Assembly (NCBI RefSeq): GCF_964194155.1
Contig: NC_135909.1
Coordinates: 18,290,001 to 18,354,000, forward strand
Source: Cetorhinus maximus
Lineage: Eukaryota
Direction of reading: 5' to 3'
Length of the DNA stretch: 64,000 bases
This document shows positions 12,690-25,429 of the stretch, piece after piece. Under the pieces are notes generated by a model. That model made no database searches, was not told where the DNA came from, and saw only the letters and a program-made list of their open reading frames with translations. Every line of letters begins with the position of its first letter. Within the stretch, counting starts at the first letter, position 1. A program made the translations under genes and the position numbers.

Positions 12690-13372
12690 AAAGGAAGAAA
12701 TATCCCACAGGGAGAGGGACAGGGAGAGATATCATAGGGAGAGGGACAGGGAGAGATCCCAAAGGGAGAGGAGCAGGGAGAGATCCCAAAGGAAGAGGGA
12801 CAGGGAGAGATTCCATAGGGAGAGGAGCAGGGACAGATCCCGTAAGGTGTGGGGCAGGGAGTGGTCCCAAAGAGAGAGGGGCAGGGAGAGGCCCCAAAGG
12901 GAGAGGCCCAAAGGGAGAGAGACAGGGAGAGGTATCAAAGGGAGAGGGACAAGGAGAGGCCCCAAAGGGAGAAGGACACAGAGAGATCCCATAGGAAAAG
13001 AGACAGGGAGAGATCCCACAGGGAGAGGCCCCAAATGGGGAGCGGCAGGGAGAGATCCCATAGGGAGAGGAGCAGGGAGAGATCCCAAAGAGAGAGGGTC
13101 AGGGAGAGGCCCCAAAGGGAGAGGGGCAGGGAGAGGTATCAAAGGGAGAGGGACAGGGAGAGGCCCCCAAGGGAGTGGGGCACGGAGAGGCCCAAAGGCA
13201 GAGGGACACAGAGAGATCGCATAGGAAAAGAGAGAGGGAGAGATCCCAAAGGGAGAGAGGCAGGGAGTGTTCCCATGGGGAGAGGGGCAGGATGAGACCC
13301 CAAAGGGAGAGGAGCAGGGAGAGATCCCGTAAGGCGTGAGTCAGGGAGAGGTACCAAAGAGAGAGAGGGGCA
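12690..13372 (+). repeat. Purine-rich minisatellite, ~27-bp unit (AGGGAGAGATCCCAAAGGGAGAGGRRC)
   Basis: Roughly 25 diverged tandem copies running into the gap. Confidence 0.9.
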
Positions 13373-13572
13373 NNNNNNNNNNNNNNNNNNNNNNNNNNNN
13401 NNNNNNNNNNNNNNNNNNNNNNNNNNNNNNNNNNNNNNNNNNNNNNNNNNNNNNNNNNNNNNNNNNNNNNNNNNNNNNNNNNNNNNNNNNNNNNNNNNNN
13501 NNNNNNNNNNNNNNNNNNNNNNNNNNNNNNNNNNNNNNNNNNNNNNNNNNNNNNNNNNNNNNNNNNNNNNNN
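13373..13572. other. Assembly gap (200 N)
   Basis: Run of exactly 200 N. Confidence 1.
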
Positions 13573-13574
13573 CA

Positions 13575-14500
13575 TGCAAGAGCATGAGTTGAAACTCCTC
13601 TTTTACCTCTTCCCTTCTCAACATTCAAGGCCCCAAACACTTTTTCCAAGTTTAACAATGATACACTTGTCCTGCTTTCAATTTAGTATAATATATTTGG
13701 TGTTCACAATATGGCCTCCGCTACATGATGAGGCCCCACAGACTGAGTGACCGCTTTGACAACACCTCATTTCAGTCCGCAAGCCTGACTCCGACTTTCC
13801 TGCCACTTGTAATTTCAATTCGCCACCTTGCTCCCACTCTGACCTTTCTTGGTCTGCTGCACCGTTCCAATGAAGATTAACGTAAGCACGAGGAAGAACA
13901 CGGTCATTTTTCAACTCGGCATCTTACAGGTTTCAGGGCTCACACTGAGTTCAATACTTTTAGATTATAAACACTGTCCCAATTTTGTTTCATGTGTTTT
14001 TTGCTATTTCGTCTTTTCCCTCATTCTCTATTCTATCTCATTGCAATTGGACGGCTGCTATCCAGCCATTCACACCTCATCTGGGCCAATCGTTTGTTTA
14101 TTTCACTGTACCAATACAACTCCCTGTCCTATGGGGAGATGTTTGGCATAGTGGTAATGTTCCTGGATTAGTGCTCCAGAAACCTAGCCTAATATTCTGA
14201 AGACACAGGTTCAAATCCAACCACAGCAGCTAATGGGGTTTACTCTGAAAGAGTTAAAACTCCCTGTGGCGTTTGCCCCGTGAAACTTATTTTTGTAATT
14301 TCATCTCTCCGGGCACGCACACCATCACAGACCTGCGCTTTTCTTCAACCTCTTCCCAGCACCCGACTCTTTCACTTGTTCAAAACCTATTACATTTCTA
14401 CCTTTCCTCAGTTCTGCTAACGAGTATCGTTAACTTGAAACATTAATTAATTCTCCCTCTACAGTTGCTGCTGAGTGTTTCCAGCATTTTCTGTTTTAGT
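13575..14500 (+). mobile_element. Penelope-like element 3' part (GIY-YIG remnant plus terminal repeat) with a SINE head at ~14143-14240
   Basis: NLV*YIWCSQYGLRY resembles the Penelope GIY-YIG motif; ends in the ttccagcattttctgtttt terminal repeat; SINE head tggcatagtggtaatg..ggttcaaatcc. Confidence 0.6.
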
Positions 14501-14724
14501 ATCATAGTAAGCTCTTTGCCTGATAACACATCCCTTTAAATTCAATAATCTGGAACTGGTAACAAACCACATTTAAACAGACATAGTCATACCTCAATTC
14601 AATTTCGATTCCCTGAAAGAAGACAATATTTTACCGTTTCCATTCCGCGCCAAAGGGATCAATTCTTATGCCAGCTTCTCACACCCTTCATGCCCCACAG
14701 GATGTAGGACTGATTTCTATCCAT

Positions 14725-15060
14725 GAATCATAGAAGGATACAGGACAGACAGAGGTCATTCCGCCTGTGCTGGGTCTTTGGTTGAGCGATATAATTACTC
14801 CCACATCCAAGCTCCCTCCCCATATTCCTGTGTTGTTTTTCCTTTCAGATATTTCTCCAAATGTATTTTGAAAGTTATTATTGCATTTGCTTCCACCACC
14901 CGTCCAGATAGCTTCCATTTCACAACAACACTCTGTGTAAAATATATTCTCCTCATCTCTCTCCTGGCTATTTTCCCAATCAGCGTCAAACTGTGCCCTC
15001 TGGTTAGCGGCCCTTCCGTCAGTGGGAACAGTTTCTCCTGATTTACTCTATCAAACTGGT
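14725..15060 (-). mobile_element. CR1-type LINE 3' end
   Basis: DRVNQEKLFPL..TRGHSL..RRIYFTQSVV. Confidence 0.75.
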
Positions 15061-15169
15061 CATCATGTGACCACCTCATGGCAGGAGTTTCGCAACGCGA
15101 AACAATTGGAGGAAATTCGAGGAAAATTTTAACAAAATTGTTTCCGAATATTAATTTATCCAAATTTGA

Positions 15170-15440
15170 ACAATTTCAACAACAGCACCGCAATTGAATA
15201 AAACTTCCCAAAGCGCTTCGAAGGAGCTCAGTCAAGCAACATTCGACACTGAGTCACAAATTTGGGCAGCTGAACAAAAACTTGGTCAAAGGGATGGATT
15301 CTAAGAGGGTCTTAAGCGGGCTGGGGAGTGCGGGTTGTGGTTGGTAATTGGGGCCGTTTCTAGAAGGAATTTCAGAGCTAAAGGCTCAGAGAGATAGAAA
15401 CGAGGCCGCCATTCATGAAACAATGACAAGCGGAAATGAA
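15170..15440 (-). mobile_element. Probable L2-type LINE 3' remnant
   Basis: Minus strand ctctgaaattcctt..cttaagaccctc..tttgaccaag resembles an L2 C-terminus; highly decayed. Confidence 0.35.
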
Positions 15441-15824
15441 TAAGAGACCAAGTTTGGATTCAGAAAGAAAAAGACAAATCTCCTGGAAAGAAACTACGAA
15501 TCTAGTCTGGCAATAGAGAAATCTATCCCTGGGCTACTAATGTTCACACAGCCGCTCATTCCATGTGTCCAATTTGAAACCTGTCTGAAGGATCATGCGG
15601 TCTGACAGAGAGCCTGTGATAATCTTCCCAGTGTCTGATCTAAAGCTGTAACAGGAGATGTTCCTTACAGCTGTGATAACCGTGTTGGTCTTGATGTTCA
15701 GGGCTGTAGACTCACATCATTCTTGTTTCGAGCTGTCTGTCAGAAACAGTTTGGAAAGATGACGGAGCAGTTATGGGAAATAGTGTTATGCTGCATGTCA
15801 CTGATGCTCGTTGGCGAAATATCA

Positions 15825-16900
15825 CAGAATCACTGCATTGTTACGGCACAGAAAGAGGCCATTTGGCCCATCATGTCTTCATAGGCTCTCCGAATGAATA
15901 ACTCTTGAACCATTCCCCCACCTTCTCCCCGTAACCCTACACATTCTTCCTTTTCGGATAACATTATAATTGCCTTTTGAATGCTTCAGTTGATGCTGCC
16001 TCCATCACACTCTCGGGCAGTGCATTCCAGACCCTTGCCACTCGCTTCAAAATATTAAATAAAAAAACTTCTGAAAACAATTCGCTTCTTTTGCTAATCA
16101 CATATCATTTCGATCCTCCCACGAATGAAAAAAAAATTCTCCCTATCTACCCTTTCCAGAATTCTCATGATTTTCAACACCTCTATCAAATCTCCTCTAA
16201 ACCTTCTTTTCTCGAAGGAAAACAGCCCTATCTTCTCCAATATATCTTCATAACTGAAGCTCCCCATCCCTGGAACCATTCACGTGAATCTTTTCTGCAC
16301 CCTCTCCAGCACCTCCACATCCTCCCTAAAGAGTGGGGCCCAGAACCGGACGCAATTCTCTTGTTGAGGTCGAACTCGTGAATTATACAAAGTCAACATA
16401 GCCTCTTGCTCTTGTACTCTATCCCTTTATCAGTAAAGTCCAGGATACTGTATGGTTGATGAAACACTCTCTCAAGCTGTCCCTTCAATGATTTACGAAC
16501 ATAAACATCCAAGTCCCACTGCTTCTCCACCTCCCTTTGAGTTGTACCCTTCATTTTATATTGTCTTTCCAAGTTCTTCCGACCAAACCTCTCTCCATTG
16601 AACTTCATCTGCCACCTCTCTCCCCATTTCCACCAACAGGTCCAAGTCCATTTGAAGTTCTACACTATCCTCCACACTCTCCACAATGCTTCCAAGCTTT
16701 GTATCCTCCGCAAAAGTTGAAATTTTGTCGTGGGCATAAAGGTCTGGGTCATTGATATTTATCAGGAACAGCAAAGGTCCCAACCCTTCCGCCAGGCCGA
16801 AGCACATCCATTTACCACCAACCTCTGTTTCCTGCCACTCAGCCAATTCTGTATCCTTGTAGCGGCAAAGCGGCTCTACTCCTTTTGCCAACTGTTTCAC
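15825..16900 (-). mobile_element. CR1-type LINE RT/3' fragment
   Basis: LGPLLFLININD..ISTFAEDTKLG and GLFSFEKRRFRGDLIEVLKI. Confidence 0.85.
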
Positions 16901-17042
16901 TATTCGGTGGCGAGTTTTCTCCTGTTAAGTGGTTCAGATTGGAAAGTGGGGCGTGACTGGATTCACCTGTACAGAGAGGGGTTGGTGATGGCAGTTTCCC
17001 TTCTCCGATAAACCAGTTGCTGATTTGTTTTTATATAAGAAA

Positions 17043-17133
17043 CGACTCTCGTGGGATTCGAACCCACAACCTTTAAATCTCTTGTACAACAGCAGCTAGA
17101 AGCCCAACACGCTATCCGTTGCGCCACAGAGCC
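17043..17133 (-). tRNA. tRNA-Arg-TCT: Intron-containing tRNA-Arg(TCT), 18-nt intron at 17079-17096; divergent, possible pseudogene
   Basis: GGCTCTGTGGCGCAACGGATAGCGTGTTGGGCTTCTA-gctgctgttgtacaagag-ATTTAAAGGTTGTGGGTTCGAATCCCACGAGAGTCG; intron one base after the anticodon as in vertebrate Arg-TCT; G7:G66 mismatch and three G:U pairs in the anticodon stem. Confidence 0.85.
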
Positions 17134-17344
17134 CAACACATGATGTGGTAATTTCCTATTCCAGATAAGGGAATTTCTGACATTGAAGAACAAAACGTTC
17201 AAACGGTCAGCAATTTCCTCCATTTGAACAATGACGACATTTCAAGAGCACTCATTGCTTGTGAAGTGTTTTGGACGTCCTGTGGTTGTGAAAAGAGCGA
17301 TAGAAATTCGAGTGAAAGAGCAATTTCCTTCAAAAGGACATATT

Positions 17345-17805
17345 CACATTGGAAAATAGGGCGGCTGAATTTTTTTGCAGAGAAGGGTGAAGTGATTCAT
17401 TTTGGTCGGAAGAACACGGGGAGAAAAGACAAAATAAAGTTTACAATTCCAACGACGGTGCCGGAACAGCGGGAAATGATGTACACCTGCATAAATCATT
17501 GATGGAGGCAGTGCAGGTTGAAAGAATAGTTTATGAATCATATAATACCCTTGGCTTTATGAATGGGAGCATAGATTACAAGAGCAAAGCGGTTGTTTTG
17601 AACTTGGAAAAGAGTATTTCGGCCACAGCTGGAGTATTGCGCCCAGTTCCGGGCATCACACTTTAGGAAAGATGTGAAGGCATTGGAGAGGAAGCAGTAA
17701 CGTTTCACGAGAATATTTCGCGGCGAGGGAACTTAAATTACCTCGATACATTGTAGCGGTAGGGGTTATTTACCTTGGAGACGAGAAATTTGAGAGGAGA
17801 TTTCT
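17345..17805 (+). mobile_element. CR1-type LINE fragment, preceded by a Deu-SINE 3' tail at ~17200-17320
   Basis: AEKGEVIHFGRKN and RPQLEYCAQF. Confidence 0.7.
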
Positions 17806-17829
17806 TAGAGTTCTTTGCAGTCCCGAGTC

Positions 17830-18215
17830 TTCTGGACAGAGGGTGGGTGATGATTTGGTCATGGGCTGCTTCAGTATCGGAGGTGTTGAAAATCGTGCCG
17901 AACATTGAGCAATCATCAGCGAACATTCCCAATTCTGCTGGAAGGAAGGTCAATAGTGAAGCAGCTGAAGATGGTTGGGCCTAGGACACCATACCGAGGA
18001 ACTCCTGCAGTGATGTCGTGGAACTGGGATGATTGATCTCCACAACCACAATCATCTTTCTTTGTGCTGGGTATGACTCCAACCAGCAGAGAGCTCCCCA
18101 CCCCCCGCCCCCGATTCCCATTGTCTCCAGTTTTTCTGGGGATCAATAATGCCACATAGTCAAATGCAGCCTTGATGTCAAGGGCAGTCACTTTCACCTC
18201 ACCTCTGGAGTTCAG
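17830..18215 (-). mobile_element. CR1/L2-group (Crack-like) LINE RT fragment
   Basis: ALDIKAAFD, GVP..VLGPTIFSCF..DLP and GMFADDC. Confidence 0.75.
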
Positions 18216-19506
18216 TTTGCGTTGGAGGACGAGGGGAATCAGGTTGTTTTGTTTGCCCACCCAAGCTGAATGTTGGGCTTGAGGTGGCAATGAGATTCGG
18301 AGGGGAGGGAGACAACCTTTCACTGAGTTTCAAGGTTGCAGATCAGACCTTGGCGGGATTGCTGCTATATTCCCAGGACGTGGTGATCTCATTCTTAGAG
18401 TGACACACTTACACTGAGGATAAGTTGCTCCATGTAAAATAAAATGGAGATGTGGGATGTCAGAATCTGTTCAACACTGATTCACTTTTATTCACTTCTG
18501 CATCCTGGAGTAACAAAGTGATTTGTAGCTGTAAAAAAAATAAATAAAATTCAGAAGATTCAGTCCAATACCTCCACAGTTTCCACTATTACAGCCCTCA
18601 GCATTTTCAGATGCATTCCATCTCCCACTGACTTATCAACATTTAGCACAGCCAGACCTTCTCGTATCTCTTCTTTATCACGAGTTATATGTTAAAGAAG
18701 TCAATTGCAAATTGTCGATGGAGGATTTGTGCCCTCTTATTGAAGAGGATTTAAAGGAGAGGAGCGAAGCATTTGTGCTGAAGAAGTAGGATCAGTGAAA
18801 ATAAAAGCAACAATAAGTGGAATGAAGGGGGCGGGCTGTTCATGGGCTGACTGGAGAATTTCATTAGGATTTATTCATTGGAGATTGGAAGGTCATTTTT
18901 CCAAATCTTTAAGGAGATTATTGTTGAAGGAAGCTTGTCTTCATCTATAAGGAATCATTAGCTAAGTTTATAAAAATAATGCGGATAGATAGGATTCAAA
19001 GAATTGGATGGGTATCACGTTGTAATGTGGAATATAAGATCTTGGTGAGGGCTTGGAAAAACCTTTAGGAAGAACACCAATCCTTGGAGAGCATGTAGTG
19101 GAAATTTTCTGGAATGGGATCAGTGGTGAGGGATTCAGTATGTGGATGGACTGAAAAATACAAACTGGAGATGCTCTTATCAGAGAGAATGTTAAGGCGA
19201 GATTTAGTACAGATATTTAAGGTTAGCCAATATATTTAGTATCAGCCCAGGTATTCATTTCTTATACACATTAAGCAATATTTTTCCCATTGATGGAATG
19301 TTTGAAAACCAATGATTAGATAAAAAATAAATCGTGGTAAATGTTTCACACTGCTCCATTCCAAACAGTTCCTGACTTGACGTGATAGATTTTATTTTTA
19401 CTGGAGCCACATTTCCAACATTGCACACCTGGCTGCACTTTCAGAACCTTCTTGCCAACTCTTCATGGCTGGAAAAAAGGATACGAGATCATGACTTAAA
19501 GCTAGG

Positions 19507-19590
19507 ATCGGCTCTGAGGGGATGTTAAGATGAGGGATTATGAAACCATTGTGCTTTTCACACGTGGGTTCGAATCAAGTTATTGGATAT
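19507..19590 (+). pseudogene. Degenerate tRNA-Ser (GCT-type body) pseudogene
   Basis: gttaag..gga....aaaccattgtgcttttcacacgtgggttcgaatc aligns with the vertebrate tRNA-Ser-GCT variable arm and T-arm; acceptor stem and anticodon lost. Confidence 0.55.
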
Positions 19591-19669
19591 TTTTAGTCCA
19601 TTGCTTCTTCCTGTTTGAGTAGGTTTTGCATAAAAAAGGCCTGGAATCGGATGGTTATCAGTGTCACAA

Positions 19670-20452
19670 TGGAGGTGACAAGTTTCAAGTAACATTTGCA
19701 CCTCACAAGTGTCAGGCAATAATCATCTCCAAGAAGTAAGAATCCAACTATTACCTTGATGTTCAATGGCATTACCATCGCTGAATCCCCCACTATCAAC
19801 ATCCTGGGAGTTACCATTGACAAGAACCTGAACTGGAATACCCATATAAACATTATGGCTACAATAGCAGGTCAGAGGCTAGGGATTGTGCGATGAGTAA
19901 CTCACGTCCAGGCTCCCCAAAGCCTTTCCACCATCTACAGGGCACAAGTCAGGAGTGTGATTGAATGCTCCCCGCTTGCCTGGATGAGTGCAGCTCCCAC
20001 ACCACCCAAGAAGCTTTACACCATCCAAGGCAAAGCAGCTCGCATGATGGAGACCGCATCCAAAAACATTCATTCCCTCCACCGCCGACGCACAGTAGCA
20101 GCAGTGTGTACCATGTTCAAGGTGTACTGCAGGAACTCACCAAGGCTCCTTCGACGGCACCATCCAGACCCTGGACCACTACAATATAGAACGGCAAGGT
20201 CAGCAGATAGATGGGAACACCACCACCTGGAAATTCCCCTTCAAGCCATGAATTGGAAATATATCGCTGTTCCTTCAATGTCGCTGGTAAAAGTCCTTGA
20301 ACTCCCTTCCTGACAGCAATGTGGACGTACCTACACCACATGGACTGCAGAGGTTCAAGAAGGCAGGTCACCACCACGTTCTCAAGGGCAATTAGGGATG
20401 GGCAATAATTGTTGTCCAAACCAGCGAAGTCCAAATACCTAGAATGATTTTT
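19670..20452 (+). mobile_element. CR1/L2-group (Crack-like) LINE 3' part
   Basis: ILGVTIDKNLNW and YRAQVRSVIECSPLAW; same 3' tail as 4470-5013. Confidence 0.75.
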
Positions 20453-20879
20453 TTTAATGGAATATTTCAGACTTAATCAAAATTGATATTGAGCTATTAC
20501 AGTTCTTTATCTAGGTTTTATTGGATTTATGAACAAATAGGATTCAGGAAAGGGAGCAGGACTTTTCCTTCCCTTTCATTCTTCAGATTTACAGTGGCTG
20601 AAAGAGCAGCTGGAAAAGCTAATGGCGATGGAGCAGAAAAAAATAACATTGTCCTTGCGGAACACATTTAGTTTGACATTTTCTTGATAAGTTCAGTGAG
20701 TGAGCAAGTTTTAGCAAATGAGCTTTAAAGTGAAGGGCCATCTAATTAAACCTATAATATATAGAAAAGGTTGTTTATTTTTGTGGTGAGATTCTCAAAA
20801 CTGTGGAGGAGCCGAGAGAGATGAACAGACATCATTAAAAGCTCGTGAACTGGAAGATAAAAATAATATCTAAGAGTAA

Positions 20880-21460
20880 TAGAATACGAAATATTGGGAA
20901 TCATATTACAGGTGTATAAAACCCTGTTTAGATCAATGCGTTCTGTTCCTGACAACTGACCTGAGGGATGTTAGATTGGCCTTGGAGTGGGGGCAGCAGA
21001 ATTTCATCAGAGTGATACCAGATTCAAATGACGAGGACAGATTGTAAATACTAGTATTGTAATGCCGTGAATATCAGAGACTAAGGGGTGATCCAACTGA
21101 GATGTTTATGGTGCTTGAATGATTTGACAGGGTAGATAGAAAGAAACTGTTACCTCTGGTGCGACGGGAGGCGGGGGCCGGGGGTGGGGGTGGTGCCCTC
21201 AACAAGGGGGCTTAACCTTTAAATTAGAATGAAGCCTTTCAAAGGTAATTTCAGGAAGTACGTCTTTACACAAAGGATGGTAGAAACTCCCTCCCCCAAA
21301 CAACTGTAAACGCTGGGGGTCAACCGAAAAGTTCCAAACTGAAATCGATAGCTCTTGTTTGTTAAGTGTTTTAAGGATTACGAAACAAAGAGGGATAAAT
21401 GGAACAAAAAGACAGACCAGTCATGAGTTCATTAAATGGTAGGACAAACTTGGGGGAAGA
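20880..21460 (+). mobile_element. CR1-type LINE 3' fragment, old
   Basis: Remnants YKTLFRS, RLRGDPTE and FRKYVFTQRMV. Confidence 0.6.
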
Positions 21461-23409
21461 TTACTTTACTTTTGTTCCTCCACCACGAATTCATAAAGAA
21501 AAACTAAATCTGGAAGGAACTGAAGTGAAGTGTCATCACTTGTTGGTCCTATTATTCTCTCAACATTGACAATCTCTAGTGCTGAGCTACAGTTCCACAC
21601 ACAACTCGTCTCCCAAGAAATCCTGCAGGAAGAAAATTATCCTCTCCAACCTGCATTTCCCACATTTTACCAGCTGCCAATCCTTTGATCAGCATTTGGA
21701 AATTGAAATCGGTCTATTTCCCCATTTCCATGGTGATTTTGGGAATAGTCAGCAGGGGAGCAGAATTAGAAAGCAATTGTTTTCCTCTCTGTTAATATTC
21801 TCTCAATGTCGACATGCCTCATTCATTGGAAGGAGAATTGAGCTTGTATTAATCCTGTGATGAACAAACCTGCTCCATGTTACAAACATTTTCTGTGTTA
21901 ATTTTTTAAATATCAGATGACAATTTCTCATTGAAATACAGTAAACTGCTCCCAGGTACTTTCATGAGCTTGTGAAACAAGACAATTCCAATTTCCGCAC
22001 ATAATGAAGCCAAGCGGGTGGAGACACCTGTTTCTCACTGATCAGATATTGGAGTTGATGAAGAATGTTTTCTGAAGATCAATGTGTCCTTTTGGAAATC
22101 TGGAATGGGTATGGTTTTCTATATTAAACTTTGACCCTTCCGTTAGTTCTCCATGTGCAGCTCTTTTTGGTGGTGTTATTGAGTCAGGGATGTTGGTCAG
22201 GGCAGCAAGAGAAATCACTGTGCTCCTTTAATAGCGCTGGGAAATCTTTCATCGCTTTAAAAACCTGCCACTAGTTATTGCTCAGGATTAGCCTGGAGTG
22301 GTACACTGAGTTTATTTACTTATTGAAATCAATGCTTTACACAGAAAGCATTAGTTCCTGTCAAGCAAGTATAACAGTTTCATAATAATTTTCTGGTTTA
22401 TTGCGAAGTAATTTTATTGGGTAAGTATAGCTGGGTCTGTCTGTGTGTAATGTAATTACATTTGGAGTCATGTTTAACTTATCAAAAGAAGCTGGGTGCT
22501 TGACATGCTAATGAGTAAACATGGAACCTGGATTAGCATGTAAAGTGTGAAGGGAATTTGCAATTTTACATAATTGAAGGGATATTTGGATTTCAACGGT
22601 ATCTCAGTCTGTATACAACTAGTCAGATAAGCAAGGCTAAGGAACATGTTGATTTTTCCCAAAGGTTACTGGAAATAGTGGCGACATGGGAGTTTTTTAT
22701 ATTGTGAAGATGATACTATTTCATCGAGAGCTGGGTCTATAGAATTTACATATTAAGAAGAGAGGAACATATATAAAGGAGAATGAAAGGTTATGTTGAA
22801 AAAGGCCATGTAAGATCTAACAGGAGTGTGTGAAATGGCCTCAATGAAGCCTCCAGCATTTTTGCGTTAGTCTGCTATGTAACTAAACGGGAGTTGGAGA
22901 AAAGCCATAAGGCATTCCATTGTCCAGGGTACAGTGTTAACTTGCTGAGTCTGCTTTAATTCTAAAATCTATTTTGAACCTTAAAGGGCGTGTAACTGAG
23001 GGGGCCAGTTTAATTAGTAACTTGAGGAGTTATTATAGCGCTATTTGTAGTCTTATGTATGTGCTTGACATCTTTTATTTTTAATAAGATATTAATTTAT
23101 TTTTTTTTTTAATTTCTAAATGTCCTGGCAGGCATGTTGCTTCTGAATTCAGTGCACAAATCTCGTAATAAATACAAATGTAAAACCCTTGTGACAACAC
23201 GACCAACTATCCCTCTTGGATTTGGTCCATATCTTCTGCAACGTCATAACAGTCCTTCACACACTCTGATCAATTAACGCCTGTACCCGTTATTGCTGAT
23301 GGATTTCATGTCATTTTGAGTCCCACCTGAGTTGAGTTTGAAGTCAGATTTCATGTTTTCTGGAGCAAAACTGAAACTGATTCAGGAAAAATGAACAGAC
23401 ACTTTCTGT

Positions 23410-23690
23410 CAGAAAGGGGCAGCCAATTTCTGCACAGGAAACACACACAAACAACAATGTGAACATGCTTTGGGATGATGATTGAGTGCTCGGGGGCATA
23501 ACTCCACTGCTTGTGTGTCTACAGCACAGCGCAATGGGATCACTTATGATAAAATAAGAGGTTGGGCCTTGGTTTATCATCATTATTTAAGGGCTGCACC
23601 TACAATAGTGCAGCCCTCCCTCAGTACTGTACTGGAGTGTCAACGTTCTTTGTTACACACAAATTCTGGCAGGGGTTTTGGGGACATACA
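23410..23690 (-). mobile_element. Deu-domain SINE, degenerate
   Basis: gcagccaatttctgcacag..acaaacaacaatgtga and gtgcagccctccctcagtactgtactggagtgtca are reverse complements of Deu-SINE segments. Confidence 0.55.
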
Positions 23691-24905
23691 CTTATCTTTC
23701 AAAGCCAAATGCGACCAAATCAGCCCCACTGAAAGTTTTTAACAAATCGCCCAATCCACAGCTACAGGACTGGGGCAATTATGAGGTCATCCCCTGGCAG
23801 GTCACGTGACAGGTGGGGCCACAATGCATCACCACCAGGTTTGTGATTTGATTCAAACCCAAAATCCTGTCACAATGACTTTTCAAATAAATCTGTCGTC
23901 TACTTGCCAACACAGCAGTAACACTTTCTGCCTAACCATGAGGAGAGCTAGGGAGACATGCACAAAACTAAATCCTTTCATAAAATAGTTCAAAAATCAT
24001 TTAGACTGAAATCCTGTGAGGAAATGTCAAGTTATTATTGAGAACTCCGCTCGGAGAGCTTCCTTGGACAGGAGAGAAATCAGGCGAAGAATCCGAGTAT
24101 ATCGACACCAGCAAACAAGTTGACAACAAAACTGGATCAACTCCTGTGAAGATCAATGAGTAAAAGCTGAGAGCTCCGTGCACCATCAGTTCATCAAGTA
24201 GAGATATTGCCTGGATAAAGCATTCTGTTCAGGACAGGATTTATTCAACTGAGTGGAATAGACAGGTCTTTGCACAACAAGTCAGTCATCTCTAGATTTT
24301 AATTTGAAAACTTCCAGTTTGTTGCAAGATGGAATTCATATAAATTATAATTACAGTACAAATAAGTTGATAATTCAAACACAAACGTTGCTTTCAGGTA
24401 AATTAAGTGGGACAATGAAATTACAACCAAGAACTCAATTGACCTGGGAGCTCAAACACAGAAAATTGCAGAGTGAAGAGTTGATAATGTGGATTTGTTG
24501 AAAGTGGAGATTAGGTGCAGAGGGGAATGAGCTGCTGTGTAAATTAAACCGAGAGACAACAGCAAAGATACAATCAGGAAGGAGCAGAACATTCTAAATA
24601 ACGAAAACTTTAATTAAACAGGCAGCTCATTTCAGTGTAATATTGGGACAGCTGAGAGCTGTTGACTACACATCCTGTGCTCTGTTGGAAATCCAAAAAC
24701 AGGCTGATGATAGATGTCAGATTCATAATAAATTAGGGAACCAAGCAGAAAACAGGAAGTACAGAGGAGAGCTCAAAAAGTAAACTTGAACAGCAGAGAA
24801 AAGATTAGCAGGTAACACAAGGTAACACTGAAGGCTATTACCAACAAATGGACAGTCACTGAAAGGGAGGCTGTGGAGACAGAGGGGATGGCTGAAGCTC
24901 TACAT
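23685..24905 (+). repeat. Local segmental duplication, copy 2 (lacks the SINE)
   Basis: Colinear with 1510-3095. Confidence 0.85.
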
Positions 24906-25119
24906 GGCAGGAGAGATTAAATGACGAAAGAATTGGTGCTGCACGGCAAAAGGGAGAGGTGAAGGAACAAGTAACAAAAAACTGAGATGTGTCAAAAAGA
25001 GGTGCGAATGGAAAAATGAGGAGCAGCTGCCACCCGAAAGCAAATGCAACAGAAGAATGAGGTTAAAACCAAATGTGAAAAAAAAGGAGTAAAAATGGGG
25101 ACAGAAGTTACAGTCTGAA

Positions 25120-25420
25120 GAACATTAGAGATTTGAGCAGCTGCAGGTCATTCAGCCCTTCGAGCCTATTCTGCCATTAAACACGATCATGGCTGATCTG
25201 ATTGTGCCCTCAACCCCACTTTCCTGCCTGTCTCCCACAACCCTTGACTCCCTCGTAGAATATGTGCAACTCAGCCTTGAATATGTTCAATTATCGAGCC
25301 TGCACTGCTCTCTGGGGAAGATAATTCAAAGGCCAATGATCCACTGAAAACAAATTACTCCTCATCTCCATCGTAAATAGGGGACCCATTATTTAATAAA
25401 CTGTGTTCCCTAGTTCACAC
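25120..25420 (-). mobile_element. CR1-type LINE 3' tail
   Basis: gtcattcagcccttcgagcct..atcatggctgatctgattgtg..ctcctcatctcc. Confidence 0.65.
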
Positions 25421-25429
25421 TGCAAGTGT

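Noticed and set aside
12574-13295. RS/RE-rich and collagen-like ORFs
   Set aside because: Translations of the 27-bp minisatellite, open in most frames
13099-13658. ORFs containing runs of X
   Set aside because: Artifacts of the N gap
21480-22140. Unique-looking stretch that might be a coding remnant
   Set aside because: Stops in the frames examined and no recognisable motif
22400-23251. Possible additional solo LTRs (ending ..gtcataaca here; also ~28191-28464)
   Set aside because: Could not define both termini and a TSD
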